A DNA stretch of 64,000 nt from an uncultured Acidobacteriaceae bacterium (GCA_963777205.1 CAVZPQ010000004.1:71444-135443), one strand, 5' to 3'. Counted from the stretch's first letter, positions 23,576 through 35,622 are shown. The notes: generated by a model from the sequence alone, not told the origin. Program-made: numbers and translations.

Positions 23576-24250
23576 GTGAACAAGCGGCTATCTGAACTGT
23601 TGACGATGGCCACACGACAGGAATTCCCGACTGCAGCGCCCTTCATTCCTCCGGAGCACAAGCTGGCCGTGCTTGTCGACGCCATGCCGGCGTGCAAGGG
23701 CTGCGATCTCTACATGCACGCCACGCAGGTTGTGCCCGGCGCGGGCACCAGCCGCGCGCACCTGATGCTCGTCGGCGAACAGCCCGGCAACGAAGAGGAC
23801 AAGCAGGGTGAACCGTTCGTCGGTCCCGCGGGCGGTGTTCTGCGTCGCGCGATGGACGAGCTGCACATCAAACCCGCCGAGGTCTACGTCACGAACGCGG
23901 TGAAGCACTTCAAGTTTGTCGTGCGCGGCAAGCGGCGGCTCCACCAGAATCCGCGGATGAGCGAGATCAATGCCTGCCGGCCGTGGCTGCAGGCTGAGAT
24001 CGATGCCGTAAAGCCGCGCGTGATTCTCTGCCTGGGCGCGAGCGCGGCGAAGTCGCTGCTGGGCGGCACGTTTTCCGTGATGAAGGATCGCGGCAAGATC
24101 CGCGAGACGCCGTTCGCCAAGCAGGTGATCGCGACCATTCATCCGTCCGCGATTCTGCGCAATCGCGACGAGCAGGATCACGAGCGGCTTTACCACTACC
24201 TGGTCGATGATCTGGCGCTGGCCTACTCAACCGCCTTGGGCAAGCACTGA
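23576..24250 (+). CDS. udgX: UdgX-family uracil-DNA binding protein (family-4 UDG with R-loop)
   Basis: Fe-S cysteines 'CKGCDL', 'VGEQPG', 'PFVGPAG', 'TNAVKHFK', R-loop 'GKRRLHQ', 'HPSAILR'. Confidence 0.88.
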   Translation: MNKRLSELLTMATRQEFPTAAPFIPPEHKLAVLVDAMPACKGCDLYMHATQVVPGAGTSRAHLMLVGEQPGNEEDKQGEPFVGPAGGVLRRAMDELHIKPAEVYVTNAVKHFKFVVRGKRRLHQNPRMSEINACRPWLQAEIDAVKPRVILCLGASAAKSLLGGTFSVMKDRGKIRETPFAKQVIATIHPSAILRNRDEQDHERLYHYLVDDLALAYSTALGKH

Positions 24251-24274
24251 AGTTCTCACCGTAAAATAGGCGCA

Positions 24275-25586
24275 ATGCCTTCCGAGACACATACGAACGC
24301 AACCACACGCGTCATCTCTCCCGCACGCAGCCTGCGCGGCTCGCTGATGCTGCCCGGCGACAAGTCGATCTCGCACCGCTACGCCATGCTCGCGGGATTC
24401 GCCAAAGGAACATCGCGCATCGCAAACTTCTCGACCGGCGCCGACCCGCAGAGCTCGCTCGCATGCATGCAGGACCTTGGTGCGCAGACAAGCCGCGACC
24501 GGCCGCACCGATTGAAGTCACTGGTACCGGCGGGCAGTTTCAGCAGCCCGCGCGCGATCTCGACTGCGGCAACTCGGGCTCGACCATGCGCATGCTCGCC
24601 GGCCTTGCGGCCGCGACAGCGTGGAACATTTCGCTTCATCGGCGACGAGTCGCTCACGAAGCGCCCGATGGAGCGCATCCGCAAGCCGCTCGAGCAGATG
24701 GGCGCGCGCGTTACGCTCACCGACGGCCACGCTCCGATGACGATCCACGGAAGCGAACTGCAGGCCATTGACTTCGACGCGCCGATCGCGAGCGCGCAGG
24801 TGAAGACTGCGGTGCTCTTCGCCGGGCTGCAGGCGCGGGGCACGACCTCCTTCGCGGAGAGCATTCGCACGCGCGACCACACCGAGCATGCGCTCAAAGC
24901 GTTCGGCGCGGAGCTCGTGCGTCGTAACGAGCGGCGTCTACATCGAGGGCGGCCAGCAGCTTCAGGCGATTGAGGCTACCGTCCCGGGCGACATCTCTTC
25001 GGCCGCGTTCTTCCTCTGCGCCGCGCTGCTGTTCGAGGACTCCAACCTTGTGCTCGATGCGCTTGGCCTGAACCCAACCCGCGCTGGGCTGCTCGATGTC
25101 ATCACCACGATGGGCGGCCACATCAAGGTGCTCAATGTGGAGGAGCAGCACGGGGAGATGATCGGCACGATCCAGGTGAATCGCAACCGCACGCTCCAGG
25201 GCATTACGATCTCCGGCTCACTCTCGGCGCAGCTCATCGATGAGCTTCCCGTTATCGCGGCGATCGCGCCTTACACCAGCGAGGGCGTTAGTATCCGCGA
25301 CGCACGCGAGCTCCGCGTCAAGGAGTCCGACCGCATCGCGCTGGTCGTGAAGAATCTTCGCGCAATGGGCGCCGAGGTGACCGAGCACGAGGACGGCCTC
25401 GACGTGCCCGGTAACCAGCAGCTTCACGGCGCCGAGATCGACTCCGGCTCCGATCACCGCATCGCCATGGCCTTCTCGATCGCCGCCCTGCGCGCGACCG
25501 GCGAGACTGCCATTCATGGCGCGGAGGCAGCCAGCATCAGCTTCCCGGAATTTTTCGACTGGCTCGACGAGCTGGCCATCCGTTAG
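24275..25586 (+). CDS. aroA: 3-phosphoshikimate 1-carboxyvinyltransferase; multiple frameshifts
   Basis: 'PGDKSISHR', 'DCGNSGSTMR', 'GDESLTKRPM', 'ASAQVK', 'RDHTE', 'PGDISSAAF', 'LIDELP', 'ELRVKESDRI', 'DHRIAMAF'. Confidence 0.95.
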
Positions 25587-25611
25587 ACATACGCTCTAAT
25601 CTCAAGCGACC

Positions 25612-26723
25612 ATGCCTGCTCCCCCGCCCAACTCGCGCGCCATTGTCCTCACCGAAATCGAGGCGATGGGTGGCGCCGAGCGGAGTGTTCTCGCGCTCGC
25701 CCGATGGCTACACCAGCAGGGCATTCCAAGCCACATCGTCACCTATATCGATCACGTCGGCATCGCAAAGCACGCCGAGTTCCCGCTTGAGGTCATCGAA
25801 CTCCGGCCGAAGATGCGCGCCACTCGCAAGATCGCCTGCACTTCGCCGCTACTTCGCGACACAGCGTTCAGCGCCTAAGCCGCTGATGTCGGGCTATCAG
25901 CCGGCTCTGCACGCCACGCTTGCCGGTCTGCGCGGCTTCCACTGCCTGATGCACGACACGCCGAGCCTCTTTGAAGATGCCGCAACGCTCAGCCTGAAGC
26001 GCCGCCTCGCCCGCCGGGTCTCGGACACGATCACCGGGTTCGGTCTGCGCAGCGGTGGCCGAACAATCGTCACCAGCGAATACCTGCGCGGCGAATGCAG
26101 TCGCGAGTTCAACGTGCGTGCCGAGATCGCGCGCATGGGTGGCCTCACGCGCGACCGATGCGTTCCATCCGCGCCCCGTCACCACCGAGCTGCGCATGAT
26201 GACCGTCTCGCGCATCGAGCCGAATAAACGCATCGACTGGATTCTGCGCGCACTTGCCGCACTGGAGCACGACACGCCGCCTCTCTCCGCATCGATCAAC
26301 TGGCGACTCGACGTCGTCGGGAAGGGTTCGGCTCTCGATGCAATGCGTCAACTCGCCGCAAACCTCGGCCTGTCGTCACGCGTTCACTTCCACGGTTATC
26401 TCACCGACGATGAGCTCGCAAACCTCTACGACGCCGCCCATCTGTTCCTCATGCCGGCGGTACAGGGCTACGGCATCCCTGCCATCGAAGCCCTCAGCCG
26501 CGGAATTCCGGTACTGCTGCACCGCCAGTCCGGAGTGAGCGACATCCTGCGCCGCACACCCTGGGCATTCGTCATCGACGGAAATGAGGAGTCCATGCTG
26601 CCGGTGCTGCGCGACGCGATCGACAGCACAATATCAGGCGCCCAGCTCAACGCTCCGCTTCCGCATCTCCCCACCGAAGAGGAATGGGCGGCCCGCGTCG
26701 CACAGCTCTGCAACTGGGTTTAG
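25612..26723 (+). CDS. Glycosyltransferase family 4; frameshifts near 25840 and 26150
   Basis: 'MGGAERSV', 'VSRIEPNKRID', 'FHGYL...LYDAAHLFLMP..QGYGIPAIEALSRGIPV'. Confidence 0.85.
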
Positions 26724-26768
26724 CTATCTGAGTTTCACTCATCAGGCAATCTGTGTTCGCAGCGCCGC

Positions 26769-27305
26769 CTACATCTTGTAGCGGCCCATCTCGTCATCGT
26801 TCAGGCCTTCGAGCCAGCGCCGCAGGTCTTCGGCCGTCGGATTCAGCGCTCCGCTTGCTGCCAACTTGGCCTGCTCCAGCACCTGCCTGCTGACGAAGAT
26901 GGGACAATCCGCGCGCAGCGCCAGCGCAATCGCGTCGGACGGCCGCGCGTCCAGCGCCACCACCTCGCCCGCCTGGTCCATCCAGATCGTCGCGTGAAAA
27001 GTCTCTTCGCGCAGCGAGCCCACCACGACACGAGTGACACGCGCGTTCAATCCGTGAATCGCGTTGCGCAGCAGGTCGTGGGTCATCGGCCGCGGCATCG
27101 TCGCCTTTTCAATCTCCAGCGCGATCGCGTTCGCTTCGAACAGGCCAACCCAGATGGGCAGCACAACCTCGCCCGCAAGATCGTTCAGGACGACAATCGG
27201 CTGGTGCGTCGAGGGGTCCATCATCAGGCCCCGAATCCGCACCTCGATCTCGGCATCCGCCGGCCGCTGCGTCTCAGGTTCCGGCTTGAATCCGGGAAGA
27301 TTCAT
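26769..27305 (-). CDS. Bifunctional nuclease family (DUF151) protein
   Basis: 'LPIWVGLFEANAIA', 'RPMTHDLL', 'DARPSDAIALALR..CPIFV'. Confidence 0.95.
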   Translation of the reverse strand: MNLPGFKPEPETQRPADAEIEVRIRGLMMDPSTHQPIVVLNDLAGEVVLPIWVGLFEANAIALEIEKATMPRPMTHDLLRNAIHGLNARVTRVVVGSLREETFHATIWMDQAGEVVALDARPSDAIALALRADCPIFVSRQVLEQAKLAASGALNPTAEDLRRWLEGLNDDEMGRYKM

Positions 27306-27323
27306 CGCGCCTCCAGTGTACGC

Positions 27324-28722
27324 CTACGCCGGAACGCGCGCGTTCAGCGCCTGGTGTGCCAGCAGCGCCGCCGAGGGCGCCACCGGAATCGACACCGCCT
27401 CTCCGACCAGCGAGTTCGGAAAGATCTTCGTCACGCGAACATCCACGTAGCTGCCGATCGCCGGGGCTATAGATTCCGCGCTTCCGCTCGTCTCGCTATA
27501 CGTAAAGTTCACCGTCTTGTTCTGCGATGACCGCCCGATCACCTGCCCGCGCGCGGCGTTGTGGCCCTCCACCATGACCTCGAGCTTCTGATCCAGATGC
27601 CGCTGGTAGTTCGTCCGCTGAATCTCGCGCTGACGATCGTTCAGGATCGCCGAGCCGCTGCACCTTCACTTCGTCGGCAATCGAGTCATGCATGTGGATC
27701 GCCGGCGTGTTCGGCCGCGGCGAATACTTGAACCCATACACACCGTCGTATCCCACCGCATCCAGCAGCGTAATCGTCTGCTCGAAGTCGCGGTCCGTCT
27801 CTCCCGGGAACCCAACAATGATGTCGGTCGTCAGCGACATATCCCGGCTCGCATCCTTGGTCCACTGGATGCGTTCCAGGTACCACTCGCGCGTGTACTC
27901 CCGCTGCATGGCCCGCAGCACATCGGTCGATCCCGACTGCACCGGCAGATGAATATGGTTGCAGAGCTTCGGGTGCTGCTCGATCGCGTCGACAATGTCC
28001 TTCGTGAAGTCCCGCGGGTGCGAGGTCGTGAACCGCACGCGCTTGATCCCACTCACCTCGCTCACTGCAATCAACAGTTCCGCGAAGCTGCGCTTCCCGC
28101 TCGGGTCGCGATAGCTGTTCACGTTCTGCCCGAGCAATTGAATCTCTGTATATCCAAGCGACGCAATCCGCTGCGCCTCGGCAAGCACGGAGGCCGACGT
28201 GCGCGAGCGCTCCTTGCCGCGCGTGTACGGCACCACGCAGTATGCGCAGAACTTGTCGCATCCTTCGATGATCGTGATGTAGCCGCGGTGCGGATTGGAG
28301 CGCGCGGTAAATTCGGTGTCGAACGTCTCGTCCGTCTGGCGGTCGTCCAGACCGGTAATCCGCCGCTCCCCTGCCTCGAGCCGATGCAGCATCTCCGGCA
28401 GATTCCGATAGCTCGCCGAACCAGCCACCAGCGACACATACGGCGCGCGCTCGAAGATGCGTTCGCCCTCCTGCTGGGCCACGCAGCCGAGCACGCCGAA
28501 CCGTTTCCCTTGGGCCTGCAGCTTCTTGTAATCGTTCAGACGGTGGAACACCTTCTGCTCCGCCTTGTCGCGGATCGAGCAGGTGTTGTACAGGATCAGG
28601 TCCGCCTCGATCTCCTCGGCCACCTGCGTGTAGCCTTCCCGCTCCAGCGTGCCAACGACCTTCTCGGAGTCGTGCGCGTTCATCTGGCAGCCGAAGGTCT
28701 CTAGATAAAACGTCTTCGCCAT
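27324..28722 (-). CDS. miaB: tRNA-2-methylthio-N6-dimethylallyladenosine synthase; frameshift near 27650
   Basis: 'TFGCQMNAHDSE', 'NTCSIRDKAEQK', radical-SAM 'GCDKFCAYCVVP', 'HLPVQSGS', 'DIIVGFPGET'; TRAM domain in ORF 27324-27575. Confidence 0.96.
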
Positions 28723-28907
28723 CGCCCGTCACTTTCGAGTATATCGAATGCGAGAATAGCGTCCCTATGTCCGGCCACGGTAACCGCCAGAATGGAACTA
28801 AAGGAACACATTTCCCCGCAAAATCTTGCACAGGTACTTAGCGTTAGTTACCTGAGATTTGCCCGGTTTTCGCAGATTTTCTGCGAACAACCGGCTCCGG
28901 CACAGTT

Positions 28908-28923
28908 TGGCATTCGACTTGCT
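28908..28923 (+). promoter_or_regulatory. Sigma-54 (-24/-12) promoter upstream of the PEP-CTERM gene
   Basis: TGGCATTCGACTTGCT, i.e. GG-N10-GC consensus, 55 bp before the ATG at 28979. Confidence 0.75.
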
Positions 28924-28978
28924 CCTTCGCATTACGCATTCAATGTCAAACAACTGATTTTTCAAAGAGGTTTCTTCT

Positions 28979-29578
28979 ATGAAGAGAGCGTCCTTCTGTG
29001 CGCTTTTCGCGGGTCTATCTCGGCTCCCAGTCGCAAAAGCAGATAACTTCACTCTCAGCTTCAGCGGTCGCTGTATTCCGGATCGACCGTCGTCTCCGCC
29101 GGCACCAGCAGTCCCGGCGTCACGACGTGTTCTTCACGACCAATGGCAGCCCGACGCCCGGCACCATCTTGAACCCGAACGAATACCCGATCACCGGCGT
29201 CACCGGCAACGTCATAATTGGTGGCGTCACTTACAAGATTGGAAACCAGGACAACGGCCTCGGCGGCGCAAACGAACTCGCCGACGGCTCTTTGACCGGG
29301 CTCGCGCTGAACGGACTCGATTTCGATCTGGCACCACAGCACGGGTCTCAGCGAGACCTACACGGAAATGGATCTGCGGTACAACATCGCCACGGGAGCG
29401 TTCGACTACACGGTCTGCGGCACCGGAGCGGCTGTTCGACCAGAAACGGCCGATTCCATTGGGGCCGACATCACCGAAGAGCGCATCCCCGCAACTCCGG
29501 AGCCAAGCAGCCTGGCTCTGCTCGGCACCTCCATCCTCGGGAGCGGCTGGCCTGCTTCGCCGCCGCTTCCGCGCATAA
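28979..29578 (+). CDS. PEP-CTERM sorting domain protein (several frameshifts)
   Basis: Signal-like start 'MKRASFCAL...AKAD'; the C-terminus across frames reads 'ATPEPSSLALLGTSILG-AAGLLRRRFRA*'. Confidence 0.8.
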   Translation: MKRASFCALFAGLSRLPVAKADNFTLSFSGRCIPDRPSSPPAPAVPASRRVLHDQWQPDARHHLEPERIPDHRRHRQRHNWWRHLQDWKPGQRPRRRKRTRRRLFDRARAERTRFRSGTTARVSARPTRKWICGTTSPRERSTTRSAAPERLFDQKRPIPLGPTSPKSASPQLRSQAAWLCSAPPSSGAAGLLRRRFRA

Positions 29579-29600
29579 CAGACGCCAGTCAGAAACTCAG

Positions 29601-29631
29601 GCCGCCTCCGCACGAGGCGGCTCCTTCTTTT
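29601..29631 (+). terminator. Rho-independent terminator
   Basis: GCCGCCTC-CGCAC-GAGGCGGC followed by TCCTTCTTTT. Confidence 0.7.
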
Positions 29632-29731
29632 CATTCGAAGCAAGCCGCAACCAGCATGCCTTCTGGTTCCATAACCCAGATCTGGACTCTTCGGCAGTGA
29701 CATCGGCGGTGTGATCCGAACTCTCCGCGAC

Positions 29732-31772
29732 TCAGTTCCGTGGCGGATACGAGGGAAGCGTGAAGCTCGACTCGATGCCAGCGTCATTCATAACCTGCTG
29801 CGCTTCCGAAGGCCAATCGCTGCTCCTTCACGAGATGGTCGTCCAGAATCAGATCATTCTGGTAGTTCGTCCACATGCCCCCGACCTTGGTGCCGTCATG
29901 CCAGTTATCCACGGCCGTATTATCCGGTGACATTCGCATCGGATACGCGGCATGCACAGTGTTGATATTCAGCCACTCGCTGTCAGGATCCTGGACCACG
30001 TTCCGCCGCACAGTAATGTATCGAGAGCCCTCGTCCAGATAGATCCCGATCATCGAATGGTTGTCTGAAATGTAATTCTCGGTAATGAGCGTGCCCGGGC
30101 TGGCGGACAGATTATAGATAGCTCCGCCGTCATGAAAGAAGCTCTTCGCTCCGCGAATTCGATTATTCGCAACGACGACATCGCGATGCGTAGTGGCAGT
30201 CTGGTATATCGGATTCTGCTTCCATTCATAACCATGCATGCGGAACATATAGTTCGGATTGCCGCCGGGATCCTGAATGCCCCATCCAAACCCGATATCG
30301 ATCGCATCGTAGGGTACGTCGTCGATCTCGTTGTGCAGAATCGCAGCTCCGAGATCATAGGTGCTTAAGATCGCGCTGTTATCCAGATAATCCTTACTGA
30401 CGTGATCGATTCGATTGCTCCGAACAATGAGTTGCCGATTGGTCTGCCGGGGATCAGACGGGTGATGCGCATCGTGCTGAACGCCGCCGGCAAGAATCGC
30501 TCCTCCGGCAATATCTGTAAACACATTTGCGATGACTGCCACATCACCGGTGGCCAGTCCGATCCCCGACAGCGTGGCGTCTGCATCATTGCCGATGCCG
30601 AGCGCATACTGCCCAAGATGCGCGAAAACATCACCTTGGAACTTAATCCTCTCGGCGGCAGAGACCTGTATTGCAGAAGGCATCTGGTGCCATAAGTTGC
30701 GCATGCTCTCGAAGGCCGTGCATCCCTGCGCACACGTCGCAATTGGGTCAGCAGGATAAGCCGCCGCAACTCCAGTTAGAAACGTTCCGCTCTGCTGGCT
30801 CGCATAGCCTTCGCTGCCCGAGGGCCCGGCCCAGCTTGAATATGAGAATCGAATGCCCTGAAAGGAAAGGTCATGCACCGGTTCATCGAGTGTCCCGGCG
30901 ATGGAAACAAGCACATCCAGCCTTGGCAGCTCCACATCCGCTTTCTCAATGTCCACGCCGTCTGGAGGACAGAGATACAGCTTTCCTTGCACGGAATCCA
31001 AATACCATTCTCCGGGATGTGAGATCAGTTCCAGCGCATTTGTGAGATAGAGATGCGACAACTCCGGATGGAACGGTTTCTCGATCGTGTCATATCCCCA
31101 GAGATTGTTGTCCCATGCAGGTTGCCGCATGATCAGTTCATCGCCAGCGACACGCTCAACAGGAGAAATCCTCTCCGTGAAAAACCCCGTCGCGCGAATC
31201 TCCAGGCCACGCGCATGCTGCAGAGCGGCGAGCTGCCTGTTCGCGGAATTGTGCAGCACCATCCCACGGCGCGTAAAGCTCCAGTCCTTTCTACTGAGCT
31301 CGACCGACGCCATAGGCAGCATCCGGTCATCGCACCAGAGCTGTCTCGCGGTCAGTCCACGCGGTACATCCGCGACAAAGATATTGCGCTCACGATTCCA
31401 TAAGCGCCACCGCGCGATCGGCATACCTCCACTGATGATCGGATTTGCTTTAGGCGCGGCGGTCCAGCTGACCGTGTGCCCTTTCTGACCACCATCGATC
31501 TCACGAAACAACAATGGATGGTCAATTCGGAACACACCATCTCCCAACTGAACGGTGACATCCTGCTCGCGATTCGCTGCACGGACAGCACGCTGCGCGC
31601 GTTCCAGGCTGCGAAATGGATGGTCCACCGTCCCTGGGCCGCTGTCATCCCCGGACAGGGCAACCGCAATCGTGAACGCGTGTTCGCCTGAACTCCTTTC
31701 CGCCGGCACTGGCGCGCTCAGGACGAACCAGCACGCCGACGCGATGCAGGTTGCAAACAGACTCAGTCGCAC
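29732..31772 (-). CDS. Secreted right-handed beta-helix glycoside hydrolase, GH141-like; C-terminal frameshift
   Basis: Signal peptide; 'GDDSGPGTVDHPFRSLERAQ', 'PIISGG', 'RQLW', 'NALELISHPGEWYLD', 'DGGAIY', 'GIYLDEGS'. The alternative frame ends '...DWPSEAQQVMNDAGI...PPRN*' at 29732. Confidence 0.75.
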
Positions 31773-34248
31773 CGGCTTGCCTCATCCATCTTCAGCCTGA
31801 TCTCCTCGCCCTTATACAACAGGTTTCGTTCTCGTCTGGATTCAGCATCGATCAGCACAACTCGAAACTCGCGTTCGTGAACGATCCCCGCAAAGTCGCC
31901 CTTTCGTGCGCCAAAGGTCAGTTCACGCTCGTTTTCGTTCCATTCAATCTGCATCACCGCATATTCGCCTCGTTCATAGGCATATCCATCACCTGCATCC
32001 TCATACAGAAGAAACACAGCATTCGCGCCAGTGTAGACGCGAACTTCGTACGGTGCGTCCCGGATTTCATCTACAAACTGCATTGCGTGAGTCATTGGCA
32101 GAATCGATCCCGCACGCACAAACAGCGGAATGCATTCGATGGGCGCAGCGGTTTCGATTGTCTCTCCGCCATCGTGCAGTTTCTCGCTCCAGAAGTTGAT
32201 CCACTGTGCTCCAGCAGGAAGGTAAACTTCACGGACCTTAGCCGACGCAGTGAGCGGCCGTGAATTCGCCGCATAGTACATTGGCTGCGTTACAGGGCAG
32301 ACCAGCAGCGAATGGCCGAGCAAAAACTGGTCAGTTAATTCGTGTGTGCCGCGATCTTCAGGGAACTCCAGCGCTACCGCTCGCAACATCGCCTCTCCGT
32401 CGAAGGTAACCCGCGCTGCAAGTGAATAAATGTACGGTAATAACTGATAGCGCAGCCGAATGCATGCAGCGATCGCTTCATAGAACATCGAATGCTGCTC
32501 GCCGAAGCGCCATATCTCGCGAGGGACATCAGTGCCATGGGATCGGAACATCGGCAGGAAAGCGGCGTACTGCAGCCAGCGCGTGTACAACTCCCAGAAG
32601 CCTCGATCGGTTGATCCCGTGTCCAATGGATCAGGTAACAGTGCGTCCATCGGCGTCAATCCGCGACAGCCCCCGGGGTAATCTCCGCGCCAGAACCAGA
32701 GATCTGGCTTGCTGTCGACGAAGAATCCACCGGCATCGACGGTCCAGTAGGCTTCACCGGTCGCGCAGAAGTTCACACCCTCCGGAATACTGCGGCGCAG
32801 CGTTTCCCAGGTTGCAGAAACATCGCCATTCCACGTAAAGGTGCCATAACGATGCTGACCGGCATAGGAAGAACGAGTCAGGTTCAGCACTCGTTTTTCT
32901 TCCGTCACGGCACGCTGGCCTTCATAGATTCCCTGCGAGTGCACCTGCGAATAAGCGTTTATCTCACCAGCATCAAGATAGAGCTTCGACGCCTCTGTGT
33001 TGATCCTGAGCCGCTCCTCAGGAGAGGGCTTCACCGCGCCGGTCCAGTCAGCCTCGAACGGCTCCGTGCAGTCACACCACCACGCGTCCACGCCATGCGC
33101 GAACAGTCCGCGGCGCGCCTGCTCCCAGTAGCACGCACGCGCCTGAGGATCGAACGCGTTGTACGTGGACCGATTGCCGAGCATCATGTCCCCATCGTTC
33201 AACTCTCGCTGGTTCTCACAACCGCCTGTCATGATTGGCCAGATCGAAACCATCAGCTTCACGCCGAGTGCGTGCAACTTCTCCACGAACCCAGCGGGAT
33301 CAGGAAAACGTTGCGGGTCAAGTGATTTCTGTCCCCAACCCTCTCCGTTCGGCCACGACTTCCAGTCGAGCACGATGCAGTCCAGCGGAATCTCCCTACG
33401 GCGATACTCAGCTACAACGCCCAGCATCTCTTCTGCTGTAACGTACCGTTCCTTCGATTGCACATAACCGAACGCCCACTTAGGCGGCAACGGCGTCGCT
33501 CCGGTGAGTTGCCGGTATCCGCGCATCACGCCATCGAAGTTCCCTCCATACACAAAATAGAAATCCAGTTCATCCACAACATCCGCCCACCACGAGCAGC
33601 CCTGCTCGTCATCCTTGAAGAGCATTAATGACGAACAATCCAGCAACACACTGTAACCGCGGCTGGAAACCAGATGAGGCACCACCGCCTTCATGTTCTG
33701 CTGATAAAGCTCGCGGACCTTGCCGCGCAAATTGCCGTAGCCCTCCTCGTGCGACCCCAGTCCGAAGAGCGCTTCGTCGGCTGCGAGCACAAACTGCAGC
33801 TTCGCCTCGAACGCGTAGCGGTCGAAAACAGTCTTGTGCTCGGCGACCACCGCGCGTGCCCCATCGATGCTTTGCGCTGTCGCGATCTGCGCGTTTTTTG
33901 CAAAGATATTTCGCGTCACAGGCTTCGCCGTAAGTGTTCTGCCGTTGATCTCCGATTCGCGCGTCAACAGTTCGCCCGCGGCGTTAAAGTACGCAAGCTG
34001 TCCGCTGTTTTTATCCATCCTGATCGTCAATGATCCCGAAGAGAGCACGTAGCTCCCGTCATCCTGGCGAAGTTCATATTGCGCGGCGGGACCTTGTGAA
34101 ACAACGATCCGACTCGGCCGGTCCGACGAACTCTCTTCCGCTGGGTGCATGTAACTCGCGCGATCGACTCCGTAACGAAACGGATGCGCAGAAGCTGGTC
34201 GCCATCGCGGAATACCGCACCATCAGCACGTTGTTCAACCGTCATCAC
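31763..34248 (-). CDS. Cytoplasmic GH31 alpha-xylosidase-like hydrolase; frameshift near 34150
   Basis: No signal peptide; 'LFGLGSHEEG', 'WAFGYVQSKERY', 'IVLDW', 'AWWCDCTEP', 'WNGDV', 'YWTVDAGGF', 'RSHGT', 'IPLFVRAGSILP', 'LYEDAGDGYAYE'. Confidence 0.92.
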
Positions 34249-34263
34249 GCGCTGTTGGAGCTC

Positions 34264-35622
34264 CTAGATGTTGCTCATTGCCGCAGCCACACGCCTGCGC
34301 TCTTCCAGTTCCTCGTGGATCTGTGGCTCAAGCCTCTCGTAACGGTGATAGAACAACACCGGCACCGCAGCAATTAGATAAGCAATCGCCGGCAGCCAAA
34401 TACAACTCAACTCGATGCCCATCAGCGAACGTCCGCTCTGCTGGACATTCGGCACGTACTGGAAATGGGCCAGTATCCACGCCGGCAGTGCACCGCCCAA
34501 CCCGCTGCCCGCTTTCAGACAGAACGCTGCGCCGATTGCGGTAAGCAACCCTGCCGCGCGCACTCCGCCCCTCCACTCGCCAAAGTCCACGCTGTCCGAA
34601 AGCAGGGAAAACGGCAGGGCCATCGCCACTCCACTCGCGAGGAACCCGATCACCCATCCCGTCATTACCAACATCAGGGAGTGATCGCGAACCCCGAAAA
34701 AGACGATACCCTGCGCTGCCGCAGAGCACCCCAGGCCCAACGCCCAGACAGTGCGCTTCGACGTGATCCTGCAGAACACGGGCAGCAGCAGAATGCTCGC
34801 AAGCGACACTACATCAAGGCTGTTCGCAATCGACGTCAGGTTTTCGCGGTGCAGTACATACTCAAAAAAGTACGGTGCTGTTGAGATACGCGCAATGAAT
34901 GCGATCCAGAAAAACAGGCTGCTGACGAAGATGATCAACCAGGGCACATTGCCCTTCAACGCGCGGAACGAGCCCCGGACCGAATTGTTCCGAGAATCGG
35001 TTCGCGTCACCTCACGGAGGTTCCGGAACGCCACCAGATACAGCAGGACGGTGCCGACCGCATACATCGGCATCACCAGCATGAAACCACGCCGGCTGTC
35101 GCCGTGGCCAAGTCGAGCGACAAGCCCAAGTACCGTCAGGTTGACGAACAAAACACCAACCTTCGAGCCGAACATCCGGAAGCTCGTCAGGACCACGCGT
35201 TCATGTGAGCTCGGCGTCAATGACGCGAGAATCGCCGTCACCGGCGTGTTGATGCCCGTGTACAAAATGCTGCAAATGACATACGTGCACGCTGCGTAAA
35301 CAACCTTTGCGGTTGGTCCGATCGCCGGTGTAATGAACATCGCCACCCCGGCAACCGCGAACGGAACGCACAGCCAGAGAAACCACGGCCGGCTCTTGCC
35401 GAACCGGCTGTGCGTCTTCTCGAACACAATCCCCCACAACGGGGCGTCAACCGCGTCCGTGCAGCGCGCTATCAGCAGAATGGCTCCCGCCGCGGCGGCG
35501 CTCAGGCCATAGACATCGGTGTAGAACTTGAGCAGATAAAACGAAATAACACAGAAGATAAGCTGCCCCGCGACCTCGCTGGACATATAGCTCAGCCGGG
35601 TCGTGAGAACTTGGCTCTTCAT
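34264..35622 (-). CDS. Glycoside-pentoside-hexuronide (GPH) cation symporter
   Basis: 'YLLKFYTDVYGL', 'SRFGKSRPW', 'YTGINTP...ASLT', 'SDSVDFGEWR.GVRAAG', 'K.GSGLGG'. Confidence 0.93.
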   Translation of the reverse strand: MKSQVLTTRLSYMSSEVAGQLIFCVISFYLLKFYTDVYGLSAAAAGAILLIARCTDAVDAPLWGIVFEKTHSRFGKSRPWFLWLCVPFAVAGVAMFITPAIGPTAKVVYAACTYVICSILYTGINTPVTAILASLTPSSHERVVLTSFRMFGSKVGVLFVNLTVLGLVARLGHGDSRRGFMLVMPMYAVGTVLLYLVAFRNLREVTRTDSRNNSVRGSFRALKGNVPWLIIFVSSLFFWIAFIARISTAPYFFEYVLHRENLTSIANSLDVVSLASILLLPVFCRITSKRTVWALGLGCSAAAQGIVFFGVRDHSLMLVMTGWVIGFLASGVAMALPFSLLSDSVDFGEWRGGVRAAGLLTAIGAAFCLKAGSGLGGALPAWILAHFQYVPNVQQSGRSLMGIELSCIWLPAIAYLIAAVPVLFYHRYERLEPQIHEELEERRRVAAAMSNI

